A stretch of DNA of 64,000 nucleotides from Candidatus Poribacteria bacterium (GTDB lineage: Bacteria; Poribacteria; WGA-4E; WGA-3G), in assembly GCA_965242965.1 (NCBI GenBank), contig OZ251518.1, positions 1,600,001 through 1,664,000 of the forward strand, read 5' to 3'. Both the position numbers and the translations under genes were made by a program. The notes beneath the pieces were generated by a model, which saw only the letters and a program-made list of their open reading frames with translations, was not told the DNA's origin and searched no databases. Positions 40,883 through 51,208 of the stretch are shown in pieces (positions within the stretch are counted from its first letter, which is position 1; each line of letters opens with the position of its first letter).

Positions 40883-41830
40883 TTACAACGTCTCCAATCC
40901 CGCGCGGGCACGGAATTGATTAAACGTCTTCAGAATTCCCTGCTCCATCGTGTAAGCAGGCGTGAAACCCATTTCTTCGGCGATGGCGGTTGCATCGTAA
41001 TCCCACGAAATACCGAATACACCCGGCTCCAGCGTAATCTGTGCATCTGGCACCAACGTTTTCAGATACTCGACTCCATCCTTAACGGGCCGGATGCCGC
41101 CCTTCACATTGAAAACGCGCGTCTTCGTGGCCGGACAGGTGCAGGCGAGGACGATGGAGCGCGAGACATCTTCCACGTATTGCCAATCCACGGTATCGTC
41201 ACCGAAGGGACAGGCGTGCGGTTGCCCTAATGCCACCGCCTCAATCAGCTGCGTCGTGAACGAACTCATCCCGCGCGTGCGCCCAACGCCGTAGACAGCC
41301 GTAAACCGAAGTCCGATCGAGTCCACGCCGTATGCATCAAAATAGTGCATTGCGTATCTTTCGTTGAGGGATTTGCACGCGCCGTAGATAAACTTCGGGT
41401 AGTGCGGCGCGTCGTTGAGAATCTGCTGGTGGTTGTAATCCTCCGGCGCGCCGAACACGGCGACGCTACTCGCCCAAACGACGCGCTTGAGGTTGAAAAT
41501 GCGGGCGGCTTCTAGCATATTGATAGTGCCTTCGCACACGATTTTCAACGCCTGCGGCGGGTTCGCATTGCACGCCGGCACCTGCCACGAAGCGAGATGG
41601 ATAACCCGCTCGATCTGGTGTTCTTGGATGGTGCGCAAAACATGCGGCAAATCGGTGATGTCGCCTTGCACGAAGGTGAACGCTTCAAGTTGTTCATCCT
41701 TCAGCACCATCTTCGGAATCGTTAAATCGTAAGCGAAGTCGTAAACCACTACCTTTTCACCGGCGGCGAGCAGGTCGCGAATAACGTAACTACCGATGCA
41801 TCCCATGCCACCGGTGAGCAAATACGCCAT
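40883..41830 (-). CDS. NAD-dependent epimerase/dehydratase
   Basis: RBS aggag; TGGMGCIG, ASS.AV and YGACK motifs. Confidence 0.9.
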   Translation of the reverse strand: MAYLLTGGMGCIGSYVIRDLLAAGEKVVVYDFAYDLTIPKMVLKDEQLEAFTFVQGDITDLPHVLRTIQEHQIERVIHLASWQVPACNANPPQALKIVCEGTINMLEAARIFNLKRVVWASSVAVFGAPEDYNHQQILNDAPHYPKFIYGACKSLNERYAMHYFDAYGVDSIGLRFTAVYGVGRTRGMSSFTTQLIEAVALGQPHACPFGDDTVDWQYVEDVSRSIVLACTCPATKTRVFNVKGGIRPVKDGVEYLKTLVPDAQITLEPGVFGISWDYDATAIAEEMGFTPAYTMEQGILKTFNQFRARAGLETL

Positions 41831-41854
41831 GGTGTTTCTCCTATGAATTGAGGG

Positions 41855-42050
41855 CTTGCGAGGGATAAGCCCGCGCACGACGAGCTGTCGAGACCGGGAG
41901 GTCTCTCCTACCCGAAGAAATCGAGACCGGGAGGTCTCTCCTACCGGCAGAAATCGAGACCAGGAGGTCTCTCCTACTGTCAAGGACGAACGAAACTCGC
42001 GGGGGACAGGCCCCCGCGCTACGGTAGGGAGAGCTCTCCTACTGTCAAGG
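41855..42050. repeat. REP cluster (three tandem gagaccRggaggtctctcctac units)
   Basis: Direct tandem copies at ~33-bp period. Confidence 0.8.
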
Positions 42051-42087
42051 ACGAACCCTGTCTGCCTAAGTGGGCGCGCCCTCGCGT

Positions 42088-42417
42088 CTACGGACTGGCC
42101 GGATTTGGCGCGTCCACATTGACGAGGATGTCGTCACCTTCAACTTTGACAGGATAGGTAGGAAGACTCTCCTCACCCGGCCAGACGCACTTTCCTGTCG
42201 TGACATCAAACTCCCACATGTGCAGCGGACACGTGATACAGGCATCGTCAAGGAAGCCGTAACTCAGCACTCCACCGAGATGCGGACAGATGTTGTTCAT
42301 GGCGTAGTATTCGCCTTTCACGTTATAGATACCGATGAAAACGCCTTCAACTTTCACGCCGACGCATTTACCGGGCTGAACCTGCTCGGTTGTCGCGGCT
42401 TTGACAAATTGTGACAT
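42088..42417 (-). CDS. Rieske [2Fe-2S] ferredoxin
   Basis: CPH...CPLH motifs. Confidence 0.9.
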   Translation of the reverse strand: MSQFVKAATTEQVQPGKCVGVKVEGVFIGIYNVKGEYYAMNNICPHLGGVLSYGFLDDACITCPLHMWEFDVTTGKCVWPGEESLPTYPVKVEGDDILVNVDAPNPASP

Positions 42418-42517
42418 AGTGTCAAGATTCCTCGTGTTTCTTGCGAAATACAAATTAACGGTTATGTCAACGTCATTCTGCGAGAAAAATGCCGAACAAC
42501 GCATTGCGAAATACAAA

Positions 42518-44113
42518 TTAACGGCCTAGGACTTTGCCTTCGCCGCGCGGATCTGTGCCGGCGTGGTGTTTACCATCACCCCATAAGACGATGCCGTGTC
42601 CGGGGCCGCCGATGCCGTCACTTTCCGTAACTTCGTGCCCCAGTTGTCGCAGTGCCTTGAGCGTCGCTTCGCCAGCACGCGACTCTACTTGAATCGGTTC
42701 TGCGCCATCGGTGTGAATGCGCGGTGCATCTAACGCATGCTGAATTGGCACTTGCAAGTCCATCAAGTTGACGCTGATGTTGAGTTGATTGTTCGGAATA
42801 GTGCGCCCGCCGGGGATGCCGTATGTGGCGAACGGTAGTCCATCGCGCAAAGCGAGAAATGGGCCCATGTTATGAAGCGGCCGTTTGCCAGGGCCGATAG
42901 AATTAGCGAGGCCAGGCCTCGGGTCGAAACGGCCGACACCGTGTCCAAAGAGCAAACCGGTGCCCGGCACCGTCACCATTGAACCGAATCCACCCCCGTG
43001 CGTTTGCGTTAACGACACCATATTTCCTTCCGCGTCCGCTGTGGAGATATGGCTCGTGCAATTCATCGGTTCGTGGTAGATAACTTCTCCGGGCTGCGGC
43101 GATGCGAGTCCCGCCTTCAGTTTTTCGCAAAGTACCGCAGTGAAACTATCCGAGAGTTCTTCGGATATGTTTATCTCAACGAAACTCGGGTCACCGAACC
43201 GGCGGAGGCGTTCAGGCCAGCATACCTTCATCGCCTCGGCGAAGAGATGGAAGCGTTCTGCCACGGACATCGCCGCCATATCATACTCCTCAATCAAGCG
43301 GAGCATCTGCAATGTGGTAAGCCCACCCGCGCCGAGGGGTGCAGTGTAAACAGAGTAGCCGCGATAGAAGATTTCATACGGTGCCGCAATGAAGGGACGA
43401 TAGTTCTTCAGATCTTCTGCAGTGAGACATCCTCCCAACTCTTGAATGTGGTTTGCAATTGTCTCCGCGATTTTCCCTTCATAAAACGCTGGTGCACCGC
43501 CTTCGGCTACAGCCTCCAAGGTCTGGGCAAGTTCCGGATTCGTAAGCGTCTCGCCTTTTTGCGGTGGGCTTCCGTTTTTAAGGAAGACGCGTGCAGTTTC
43601 GGGAAATTCCTGTTTCCACCGTTCCGCATTTCCCGCGATGCCGCCGCGGTTCGCGCTGTTCGGCGCGTAGCCGTAGCGCGCCGAACGGATGGCGGGCCGG
43701 AGGACATCGGCGAGGGACATTGTGCCAAATTCTTCCAAGGCTAAACACAAGCCCGCGACGACACCCGGCACACCGATGGACAGCGGGCCGTGGACGTTCA
43801 CGCGTCCCGGCACCCGATAGCCCGCGGGAACGTCTGCTTCTTCAATGGTAAACATATCCGCTGAAGCCGCGGCTGGCGCGGCGGTGTTGTAATCTATCGC
43901 GATGACATCTTGCGTTTTCTTGCGATAGATGAGCACGCACCCGCCGTAACCCGCGATGCCGTTATGCGAAGGCTCAACGACTCCTTCCGCGAAGGCTGCA
44001 GCGACAGCGGCATCCACTGCATTTCCGCCTGCGAGAAGCATATCAAGTCCTGCTTTCGCGGTGCGCGGGTGCGGACCGGCTACAGTTCCGTAGTCTCTCT
44101 CGTTTGAATTCAT
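42518..44113 (-). CDS. ggt: Gamma-glutamyltransferase family protein
   Basis: GGNAVDAAVAAA, VPG.VAG, TSHIS nucleophile Thr, PGKRP and DPRGEG motifs. Confidence 0.92.
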   Translation of the reverse strand: MNSNERDYGTVAGPHPRTAKAGLDMLLAGGNAVDAAVAAAFAEGVVEPSHNGIAGYGGCVLIYRKKTQDVIAIDYNTAAPAAASADMFTIEEADVPAGYRVPGRVNVHGPLSIGVPGVVAGLCLALEEFGTMSLADVLRPAIRSARYGYAPNSANRGGIAGNAERWKQEFPETARVFLKNGSPPQKGETLTNPELAQTLEAVAEGGAPAFYEGKIAETIANHIQELGGCLTAEDLKNYRPFIAAPYEIFYRGYSVYTAPLGAGGLTTLQMLRLIEEYDMAAMSVAERFHLFAEAMKVCWPERLRRFGDPSFVEINISEELSDSFTAVLCEKLKAGLASPQPGEVIYHEPMNCTSHISTADAEGNMVSLTQTHGGGFGSMVTVPGTGLLFGHGVGRFDPRPGLANSIGPGKRPLHNMGPFLALRDGLPFATYGIPGGRTIPNNQLNISVNLMDLQVPIQHALDAPRIHTDGAEPIQVESRAGEATLKALRQLGHEVTESDGIGGPGHGIVLWGDGKHHAGTDPRGEGKVLGR

Positions 44114-44228
44114 ACTCAAATTCCTTTTACTGAAGGCTAATGCATCAAATGTTAAAGGAATTTCACATAATTGTCAAGAATTTTTTTCGCTGCGCAACTT
44201 GTAGCATTTTTGTCTTTACCATTTTTGC

Positions 44229-44257
44229 TTGACACACCGTGGAAAATTGTGTATAAT
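44229..44257 (+). promoter_or_regulatory. Consensus sigma70 promoter of the nusB operon
   Basis: TTGACA-17 nt-TATAAT. Confidence 0.8.
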
Positions 44258-44312
44258 ATAAGCACTAGGTTAACCCTGAAAATTATTCGCACATTCGCAT
44301 AAAGGATACCTT

Positions 44313-44738
44313 ATGTCGTCTCGGAGAAAATCGCGCATCATCGCGGTGCAGCTGTTATATCAGATTCAGTTGACAGATGCAGAGGCAACAGATGTCATCA
44401 AGTTGTATTGGCAGAACCGTGAAACGTCGGCGGAAATTCGACCTTTCGCGGAGATGCTCGTGCAAAATACCACTGCAAATCTGGCGGCGATTGATTCGGT
44501 GATTCAAGCCACATCCAAAAATTGGAAGCTGCACCGGATGCCTGTCGTCGATCTTTCTATTCTGCGCTGCGCGACGTATGAAATCCTCTATTGTGAGGAT
44601 ATTGACGCGGCAACCTCTATCAACGAAGCCGTTGAGATTGCCAAAATTTATAGCACGCCGGATTCACCGAAGTTTATCAACGGGATTCTGGACAACATCC
44701 GAAAACAGCACGCAAAATCTACAAATGGTTCACCTTAA
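44313..44738 (+). CDS. nusB: Transcription antitermination factor NusB
   Basis: RRKSR..AVQLLYQ, W.L.RM..VD..ILR, INEAVEIAK and FINGILD motifs. Confidence 0.95.
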   Translation: MSSRRKSRIIAVQLLYQIQLTDAEATDVIKLYWQNRETSAEIRPFAEMLVQNTTANLAAIDSVIQATSKNWKLHRMPVVDLSILRCATYEILYCEDIDAATSINEAVEIAKIYSTPDSPKFINGILDNIRKQHAKSTNGSP

Positions 44739-46566
44739 AAACTTAACTTTTTTCCTACTCTTCCTCATACCGTTGTGCCTGCATGCCGCGCCAACGTTTG
44801 AGTTCGTCGGTGAATTCGGCGGAAAAGGGGAACAGGAAGGGCAATTCGCAAAGAACGTGTTCATGGCGTTCGGCCCCGATGATGCCGTCTATGTCACGGA
44901 TACCGATAACTATCGCATCCAGAAATTTAGCCGCACCGGCACTTTTATCTTTAGCATCCAGATGGAAGATTCGGCGGCGTTTCGGTTCATTAATCCTAAC
45001 GCTATCGCTATCGGCGAGGATAGTGCCATCTACGTCATGGATTGGATGTTGATGCACATCTCGGAGACGGAGAACCCGAAAATCTTCAACTACGGGCCCT
45101 GTATCCACAAATTTGATGCACAAGGCGCGTTTGTCGCCAGTTATCCGCTCCAAGATATGAGCCAGCGGTTAGGGAATTCTACCCCGGGGCTCGCGATTGA
45201 GGCGGTTGTCCCCGGTGTCGATGCCGAGGGCAAGTCCGCGCTCATCATTCCAAACGGCGATACGAAGCGTGCCTTTCTGCTGAGCGTGGATGCCGAAGGA
45301 AATCTCTATGTCTGTGATAACGGCTTGGTTTACAAACTGGATAGGAACGGTAAATCGCTTGCGCGCTATTCCATTGCGCAACCCGGCGCGGGACAAGTGA
45401 TTCAGCCCGCGGATATGACGGTAGACGCGGCCGGAAACCTCTATATTGTTGACGAGAGGGGACATCGCGTTTTGAAATATGCCCCCGATGGCACATTTGC
45501 ACTCGCTTTTGGCGACTCTGGCGATGCAGATGGACAATTCATCGCACCGTTCCGCATCGCGGCGTTGACAGATGGAACGCTCCTCGTCGCAGATAAGGCG
45601 AAGTATCAGAAGGATTTCGTCTCAACACTACCGCAGCGACTCAACGACCCGAGGCGATTCTTGAACGCGGGCAGCGCGACGGGAAGGATACTCCTACCGG
45701 GAGAAGGACGCACCTTCCGCTATCGCCTCCGACGCTTGCAAACGTTCACGACAGCGGGAGACTTCGCCCAGAAATCGCTCGTCCCCTTCCAGCGAGAACG
45801 GGAAGCGGATGCGGCACTGCTGCTAACGGGAATTGACAAAAAAGGGAATCTCTACTATTTTAACCGTGAGGAGTGCACCTTCCGGAAATATGCGCGGCCG
45901 ACGACGCTGAGGTTTCCCGCGATGTTCCAAACCGAGTTAAAATTGCGTTATACCCGTGACTTGCAGGATGTGGAAATAGACAATCAGGATGATCTGGACG
46001 CGGATTTGTATACCAAAGCCGATTTCGATCAACAGATTATCCGCGACGTGGCCGATGCTAGGTTAACTGTGGCTTACGATTTGAACGAAGATATTCGCCT
46101 CGCGCTCTCAAATCGTCTCGCCTACGTTCGGATGAGCGATACCAACTACTATCGTTCACAAGATTTTGAGGATTTCCGCGGCACCTTCAATCAGGATGAC
46201 AGCGCGACCGAGGCATCATGGGATAACCGAATTCAACTTGACTTAATTTGGGTGCGCAATCATAATATCTACCGTTACCGAGAAGCGCGCGCGTTTGCAT
46301 ATTTTAGCGCGATTCGACTTGATTTTCGGAACGCCGCACTTGACAGTCAAAACTTCCGCGTCTTTGACTTCGGCGCGCATCTATCCGATTGGGGCGGCGG
46401 CATCCACTACGACTTAAGCCGAACGTTCCGCTTAAACTTTGAAATTACGCATTTTTTCGGAGAAAATACCTATACCTATCTTGATGAAACGAACGTTCTC
46501 TACGCAACCGGCTTTCAGGAAGCAAATACCACGCGCGCCGTTCTGTTCATCAATGGCATTTTTTAG
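44725..46566 (+). CDS. Secreted NHL-repeat protein with probable C-terminal beta-barrel
   Basis: Signal peptide; G...GQF, YVTD..N.RIQKF repeats; C-terminal amphipathic strands ending in F. Confidence 0.75.
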   Translation: MVHLKNLTFFLLFLIPLCLHAAPTFEFVGEFGGKGEQEGQFAKNVFMAFGPDDAVYVTDTDNYRIQKFSRTGTFIFSIQMEDSAAFRFINPNAIAIGEDSAIYVMDWMLMHISETENPKIFNYGPCIHKFDAQGAFVASYPLQDMSQRLGNSTPGLAIEAVVPGVDAEGKSALIIPNGDTKRAFLLSVDAEGNLYVCDNGLVYKLDRNGKSLARYSIAQPGAGQVIQPADMTVDAAGNLYIVDERGHRVLKYAPDGTFALAFGDSGDADGQFIAPFRIAALTDGTLLVADKAKYQKDFVSTLPQRLNDPRRFLNAGSATGRILLPGEGRTFRYRLRRLQTFTTAGDFAQKSLVPFQREREADAALLLTGIDKKGNLYYFNREECTFRKYARPTTLRFPAMFQTELKLRYTRDLQDVEIDNQDDLDADLYTKADFDQQIIRDVADARLTVAYDLNEDIRLALSNRLAYVRMSDTNYYRSQDFEDFRGTFNQDDSATEASWDNRIQLDLIWVRNHNIYRYREARAFAYFSAIRLDFRNAALDSQNFRVFDFGAHLSDWGGGIHYDLSRTFRLNFEITHFFGENTYTYLDETNVLYATGFQEANTTRAVLFINGIF

Positions 46567-46581
46567 CGGAGGTTTTGGACG

Positions 46582-48048
46582 ATGCACGCTGCATACGATG
46601 CGGCTTTCATAAACACTTTAAACAAAGGGCGCACGCTCATCCGTGGAGATAACCTTGAGGAGATGCGGAAATGTCCCGATGAGACATTCGACATCATCGC
46701 GACGGATCCGCCGTTCAATTCCAAGCGCGACTATTTCGTGCCGTATCGCGATGAACACGGCAAAGAACCTGATACGCTCGTCAAGGCATTCACCGATACG
46801 TGGACATGGGGGCCGGCGGCGGCGCGCACCTGCGAAGAGCTCATCTGCGATGTGGGCGGCAAAATCGGTGAGGTGATGGAAGGGCTATCGCTGTTTTTGA
46901 AGGATACGCCGATGTTGGCGTATCTGTCGATGATGGCTATCCGGTTGGTAGAGATGCGGCGCATCCTCAAACCCACCGGCTCCATCTATCTCCACTGCGA
47001 TGCAACGGCGAGTCACTACTTGAAACTCATCATGGACGCGGTTTTCGGCCAGACGAATTTCAGAAACGAGATTGTGTGGCATTATCGCAGGTGGACGGCT
47101 GCCTCCAAGCAGTTTCAGAAGATGCACGATGTCATTTTCTGGTATTCAAAAACAGCCCAGTATCTCTTTACGAAACCGTTGCAGGCTTATGCCAACGAGA
47201 AGTATATTGAAGATACGGTTCGCGGTGTCGTTGATGGAAAGGTCGTCCGGTTGAGAGGTGAGGATGGCAACTATATCAAGCGGGAAAGGCAGCGGGAAGG
47301 TGTGTTGATGCACGACGTATGGGAGGACATCAATTTCATTGCGCCGACTGCGAAAGAGCGGGTGGGCTATCCGACGCAGAAGCCGATTGAACTCTATCAG
47401 CGGATTCTCCAAGCCTCTAGCAACGAGGGCGACTTGGTGCTGGATCCTTTCTGCGGGTGCGGCACGACGCTCATCGCCGCCGAGACACTCAACCGCCGCT
47501 GGCTCGGCATTGACTTGACATATCTTGCGACAGGTGCAGTCAAACTCCAAGTGGAGAAATTCTTTCCGCAACTCGCCGACAGCATCGTTCTCACCGGCAC
47601 GCCAGAGAATGCGGACATGGCACTACGGCTGGCGCGCGAGAATCCTCATGGCTTTGAGGCATGGTGTGTGACACATGTCCTGAAATTCAAATCAAACGCG
47701 AAGAAAGGCGCGGATGGTGGCATTGACGGCACCTATCGCTTTCCGATAGGCAAGGTAAAAGGCAGGAATGCCTACGGGAAGATGGTGGCGCAAGTCAAGG
47801 GTGGTAATTTTACGTTGGACCAGGTTCGCGCGTTTCGCACGGCGATGGCAAATACCGGTGCGGAGCTCGGGATATTCGTCGTGACGAAGCCGCCAACGGC
47901 AGGGATGCGGCAGGAGGCCCTCTTAGCCGGGACATGGCAGCATCCGGTGTGGGATATGGAATATCCTCGGCTTCAATTCTATCTGATTCAGGAGCATTTT
48001 GAGGGCCGGCCGCCGCAGATTCCGGTGGGGGAGAGAAAGATTTTGTAA
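46582..48048 (+). CDS. N4/N6 DNA methyltransferase (beta class) fused to an Mrr-like endonuclease-fold domain
   Basis: DPPF, YPTQKP, DPFCGCGT; C-terminal DGGIDG...QVK. Confidence 0.88.
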   Translation: MHAAYDAAFINTLNKGRTLIRGDNLEEMRKCPDETFDIIATDPPFNSKRDYFVPYRDEHGKEPDTLVKAFTDTWTWGPAAARTCEELICDVGGKIGEVMEGLSLFLKDTPMLAYLSMMAIRLVEMRRILKPTGSIYLHCDATASHYLKLIMDAVFGQTNFRNEIVWHYRRWTAASKQFQKMHDVIFWYSKTAQYLFTKPLQAYANEKYIEDTVRGVVDGKVVRLRGEDGNYIKRERQREGVLMHDVWEDINFIAPTAKERVGYPTQKPIELYQRILQASSNEGDLVLDPFCGCGTTLIAAETLNRRWLGIDLTYLATGAVKLQVEKFFPQLADSIVLTGTPENADMALRLARENPHGFEAWCVTHVLKFKSNAKKGADGGIDGTYRFPIGKVKGRNAYGKMVAQVKGGNFTLDQVRAFRTAMANTGAELGIFVVTKPPTAGMRQEALLAGTWQHPVWDMEYPRLQFYLIQEHFEGRPPQIPVGERKIL

Positions 48049-48071
48049 GCCGAAAGGGGAGGTTCTGGACG

Positions 48072-48737
48072 ATGCAAACCTATCGCTTTTCAGAATTGAC
48101 TGAAGAGACGCTTCGGACACTCGTAACCCTTGACGAAGAGGACAGTGCTGCCGAAACGTGGGAGGAAATGCAGGCGACACCTTTGACACCCGAAGAGAGC
48201 GTGCGCCTTGAGTATCTCACGTCCGACATGCACTAACGCCACCTGCCACTGATGAACGAAGCGACAGTCTGGACGCGTGCGATTTATCCGATGTTAAGAC
48301 TGGCTGAACAAGGATGGATTCTCGCGTGGGCAGGCGTTCCGTTGAAAGCCACCTATGCCACATTTAGGCTTGAAGGTGAGGCAGATGGCGCGCTTGCTCC
48401 TTCCGTTGGGGGTAGGATTCAACCGCCGTATCTCATTGTGCATGAGGCAAAAAGGGGTGTCGATGCACCCAATCCGCAATTTCAACTCTACGGCGAAATG
48501 CTCGCCGCGGCATGGCTTAATTGGGAAAGAGACGCTCACACCCAACAAGAGATTTTCGGGTGCTACACCATCGCGGACAACTGGACATTTGTTCAAGGTG
48601 GTGTTAGCGAGATTGTGTCTGAGAAACCGGCGTTCGCTGTCCAACTGTCACGGAGATATAACGGCATCTTTGAGGCAGAACGCATCGTGCAGATTCTGAA
48701 GACTATCGTTGCCAAGCAATTGGTGCCTCGCCAATAA
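48072..48737 (+). pseudogene. PD-(D/E)XK-like paralog 1 with an in-frame stop
   Basis: MQTYRFSELTEETL start; TAA at 48234-48236 where paralog 3 has GAA; the frame continues to 48737. Confidence 0.8.
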
Positions 48738-48754
48738 GTGGGAGGAATTCATCC

Positions 48755-49411
48755 ATGCAAACCTATCGCTTTTCAGAATTAACTGAAGAGACGCTCAGCA
48801 CGCTAGTGTCCCTAAACAAAATCGCCGGCGAATTCGAGGACGAGGCATGGGAGAAAATGCAGATAACCCTCACCGCGGAAGAAGGGAAACGCATTGACGT
48901 TTTTAAGTCGGATTTGAACGCACTTGAGTTAATCGCGATGAACGAGGCGACACTCTGGTCCCGTGTTGTTTATCCGCTTTTAGTCCTTGCGGAACAAGAA
49001 CATATCCGGGCATGGGCGGGCGTTCCCCTCAAAGCCACTTATGCCACCTTTCAACTTGAAGGTGAGGCGGATGGCGCACTCGCTCCGTGCATTTTGGGTA
49101 GGATGCGTCAACCTTATTTTCTTGTGCATGAAACCCAGCCTGGTGTGAATGCGCCGGACCCGCTGTATCACCTTCTCGGCGAGATGCTCGCCGCGGCATG
49201 GCTCAATTGGAAAAAGGATGCCAACCCCGAACCTGAGATTTTCGGGTGTTATACGGTTGCGGCGAGTTGGGCATTCGTTCGCGGAGTTGTCGGCGAGATT
49301 GATTCCGAAAAGCCGACGTTCGCCGTGGAGAAGTCGCGCACGTATGACGGCGTTTCGGATGCGGAACGCATCGTGCAAATCCTCAAGGCTATCGTCGCGA
49401 AGCATTTGTAG
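48755..49411 (+). CDS. PD-(D/E)XK-like paralog 2 (ExK motif altered to ETQ)
   Basis: GEADG...HETQPG; same family motifs. Confidence 0.75.
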   Translation: MQTYRFSELTEETLSTLVSLNKIAGEFEDEAWEKMQITLTAEEGKRIDVFKSDLNALELIAMNEATLWSRVVYPLLVLAEQEHIRAWAGVPLKATYATFQLEGEADGALAPCILGRMRQPYFLVHETQPGVNAPDPLYHLLGEMLAAAWLNWKKDANPEPEIFGCYTVAASWAFVRGVVGEIDSEKPTFAVEKSRTYDGVSDAERIVQILKAIVAKHL

Positions 49412-49438
49412 CCTGCAACAAACGGGAGGTGCTGAATC

Positions 49439-50104
49439 ATGCAAACCTATCGCTTCTCCGAATTGACTGAAGAGACGCTCAGCACGTTAGTGTCCCTAAA
49501 CAAAATCGCTGGCGTGTCTGAAGACTGGGCGAAGATGCAGGAAGTTGCCTTAACTCCCGCTGAACTCGGACAACTTGACTATCTGAAATCCCTTTGGTAT
49601 GAACGTCACTTGAGCGTCATGAACGAGGCCACGGTTTGGGCGCGTGCCATCTATCCGATGTTGGTGCTCGCCGAACAAGGCCCCATTCAAGCCTGGGCAG
49701 GTGTTCCGCTCAAAGCTACCTATGCCAATTTCCACTTGGAAGGTGAGGCAGATGGCGCGCTTGCACTTGACATCGGTGGCAAGATTCATCCGCCGTATCT
49801 CATTGTGCATGAGGCAAAACGCGGTATCAATGCCCCAGACCCCGAGGTACAACTCCTCGGTGAAATGCTCGCCGCCGCATGGCTCAATTGGAAAAAGGAT
49901 GCCAAACCTGAACAAGAAATCTTCGGATGCTATACTATCGCAGACGGTTGGACTTTCATCCAAGGGATTATCGGTGGAATTGAAACCGAAAAACCGACGT
50001 TCACTGTTGAGTTATCAAAGCGATATAACGGTATTTTTGAAGCCGAACGTATCGTGCAACTCCTGAAAACGCTCGTTGCGAAGCAACACAGAAAACACAA
50101 CTAA
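49439..50104 (+). CDS. PD-(D/E)XK-like paralog 3
   Basis: GEADG...HEAKRG...QLLGEMLAA. Confidence 0.75.
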   Translation: MQTYRFSELTEETLSTLVSLNKIAGVSEDWAKMQEVALTPAELGQLDYLKSLWYERHLSVMNEATVWARAIYPMLVLAEQGPIQAWAGVPLKATYANFHLEGEADGALALDIGGKIHPPYLIVHEAKRGINAPDPEVQLLGEMLAAAWLNWKKDAKPEQEIFGCYTIADGWTFIQGIIGGIETEKPTFTVELSKRYNGIFEAERIVQLLKTLVAKQHRKHN

Positions 50105-50123
50105 CCGACAGGAGGCATTGACT

Positions 50124-50972
50124 ATGGCAACTTTCGGAACCGGCGATTACCAATATGAGGTAGTGGAAGGCTGGGGGATGATTCCGCAACTCGGACTCGT
50201 CTCCGGCGTAGCGTGTGACTCAAATGACAGGGTTTACGTCTACAACCGCAGCCCACAACCCGCTATGCTCGTTTTTGAGGCAGACGGCACCCTCGTCGCA
50301 GAATGGGGCAAAGATATTTTCCGGAAACCTCACGGCATCTGGATTAGCCCCGACGATGAAATCTATACCACCGACACGGTAACTCACACCGTCTGCAAGT
50401 TTTCACTTGAGGGGGAACTGCTGCAGACGTTCGGCATCGTCAATCAACCGGGCGCGCCCGGCACACCGTTTAACGAACCGACGCGCGCTGTCCTCTCAAC
50501 ATCCGGTGAGATGTATGTCTCCGATGGTTACGGGCAGTCGCGCGTGCATCGCATGACGGCTGATGGGGAAGTCATCGTTTCGTGGGGCGCGCCGGGCACG
50601 GGGCCCGGTGAATTTAACCTCCCGCACGATGTCACCGTTGATTGCAATGAACGCGTCTATATTCTGGACAGGGGTAACCTCCGATGCCAGATTTTCAACG
50701 CGAACGGCGAATACCTTACGGAATGGCGCGCTCTTCGTTCCCCGAACGATCTGTTTATTGATGCCGATAACGTTATCCACATCGCTGAAGGGGGACAGCG
50801 CATCAGCATCATGACGCTTGATGGCAAAGTCATCGGACGGTGGGGTGAGAAAGGCACCGCCCCAGGGCAATTCAGCGATTCGCCGCACGGCATTTGGATT
50901 GATTCAAAAGGTGACATATACGTCAGCGAAGTTATCGCGGAGAGACGTTTCCAGAAATTCGCGCGTGTTTAG
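50124..50972 (+). CDS. NHL-repeat protein (PAL-like beta-propeller)
   Basis: RBS ggagg; PHGI, VSDGYG..RV and GPGEFNLPH motifs. Confidence 0.85.
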   Translation: MATFGTGDYQYEVVEGWGMIPQLGLVSGVACDSNDRVYVYNRSPQPAMLVFEADGTLVAEWGKDIFRKPHGIWISPDDEIYTTDTVTHTVCKFSLEGELLQTFGIVNQPGAPGTPFNEPTRAVLSTSGEMYVSDGYGQSRVHRMTADGEVIVSWGAPGTGPGEFNLPHDVTVDCNERVYILDRGNLRCQIFNANGEYLTEWRALRSPNDLFIDADNVIHIAEGGQRISIMTLDGKVIGRWGEKGTAPGQFSDSPHGIWIDSKGDIYVSEVIAERRFQKFARV

Positions 50973-50977
50973 CAGTT

Positions 50978-51192
50978 CGTAGCACGGGGGCTCCTGTCCC
51001 CTGCGATGCCACGTGTGAGGCATCCGTAGCGCGGGGGCCTGTCCCCCGCGATGCCCACGTATTAGCATCCGTAGCGCGGGGGACAGGCCCCCGCGGACCT
51101 TCGCACACATCCGTAGCGCGGGGGCCTGTCTCCCGCGAACCTTCGCACACGTAATAGCCCCGTAGCGCGGGGGCCTGTCCCCCGCGAACCTC
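50978..51192 (+). repeat. Five tandem GTAG-CGCGGGGG-(cctgt/acagg)-CCCCCGCG REPs
   Basis: Period 41-49 bp with mutually related spacers. Confidence 0.85.
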
Positions 51193-51208
51193 GCAAAGGA
51201 GTAACATT

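Noticed and set aside
41831-41983. REP-encoded N-terminal extension of the epimerase (and similar extensions at 33928, 37255, 62158, 16052)
   Set aside because: A downstream ATG at the expected family start, often with an RBS or promoter, explains each gene.
48234-48236. Recoded stop (Sec/Pyl readthrough)
   Set aside because: The codon is TAA and aligns to GAA in a paralog; a simple nonsense change or sequencing error is more likely.
50978-51192. CRISPR-like array of five palindromic repeats
   Set aside because: Spacers are short and related to each other, the repeat is the dispersed GTAG REP, and no cas genes are present.
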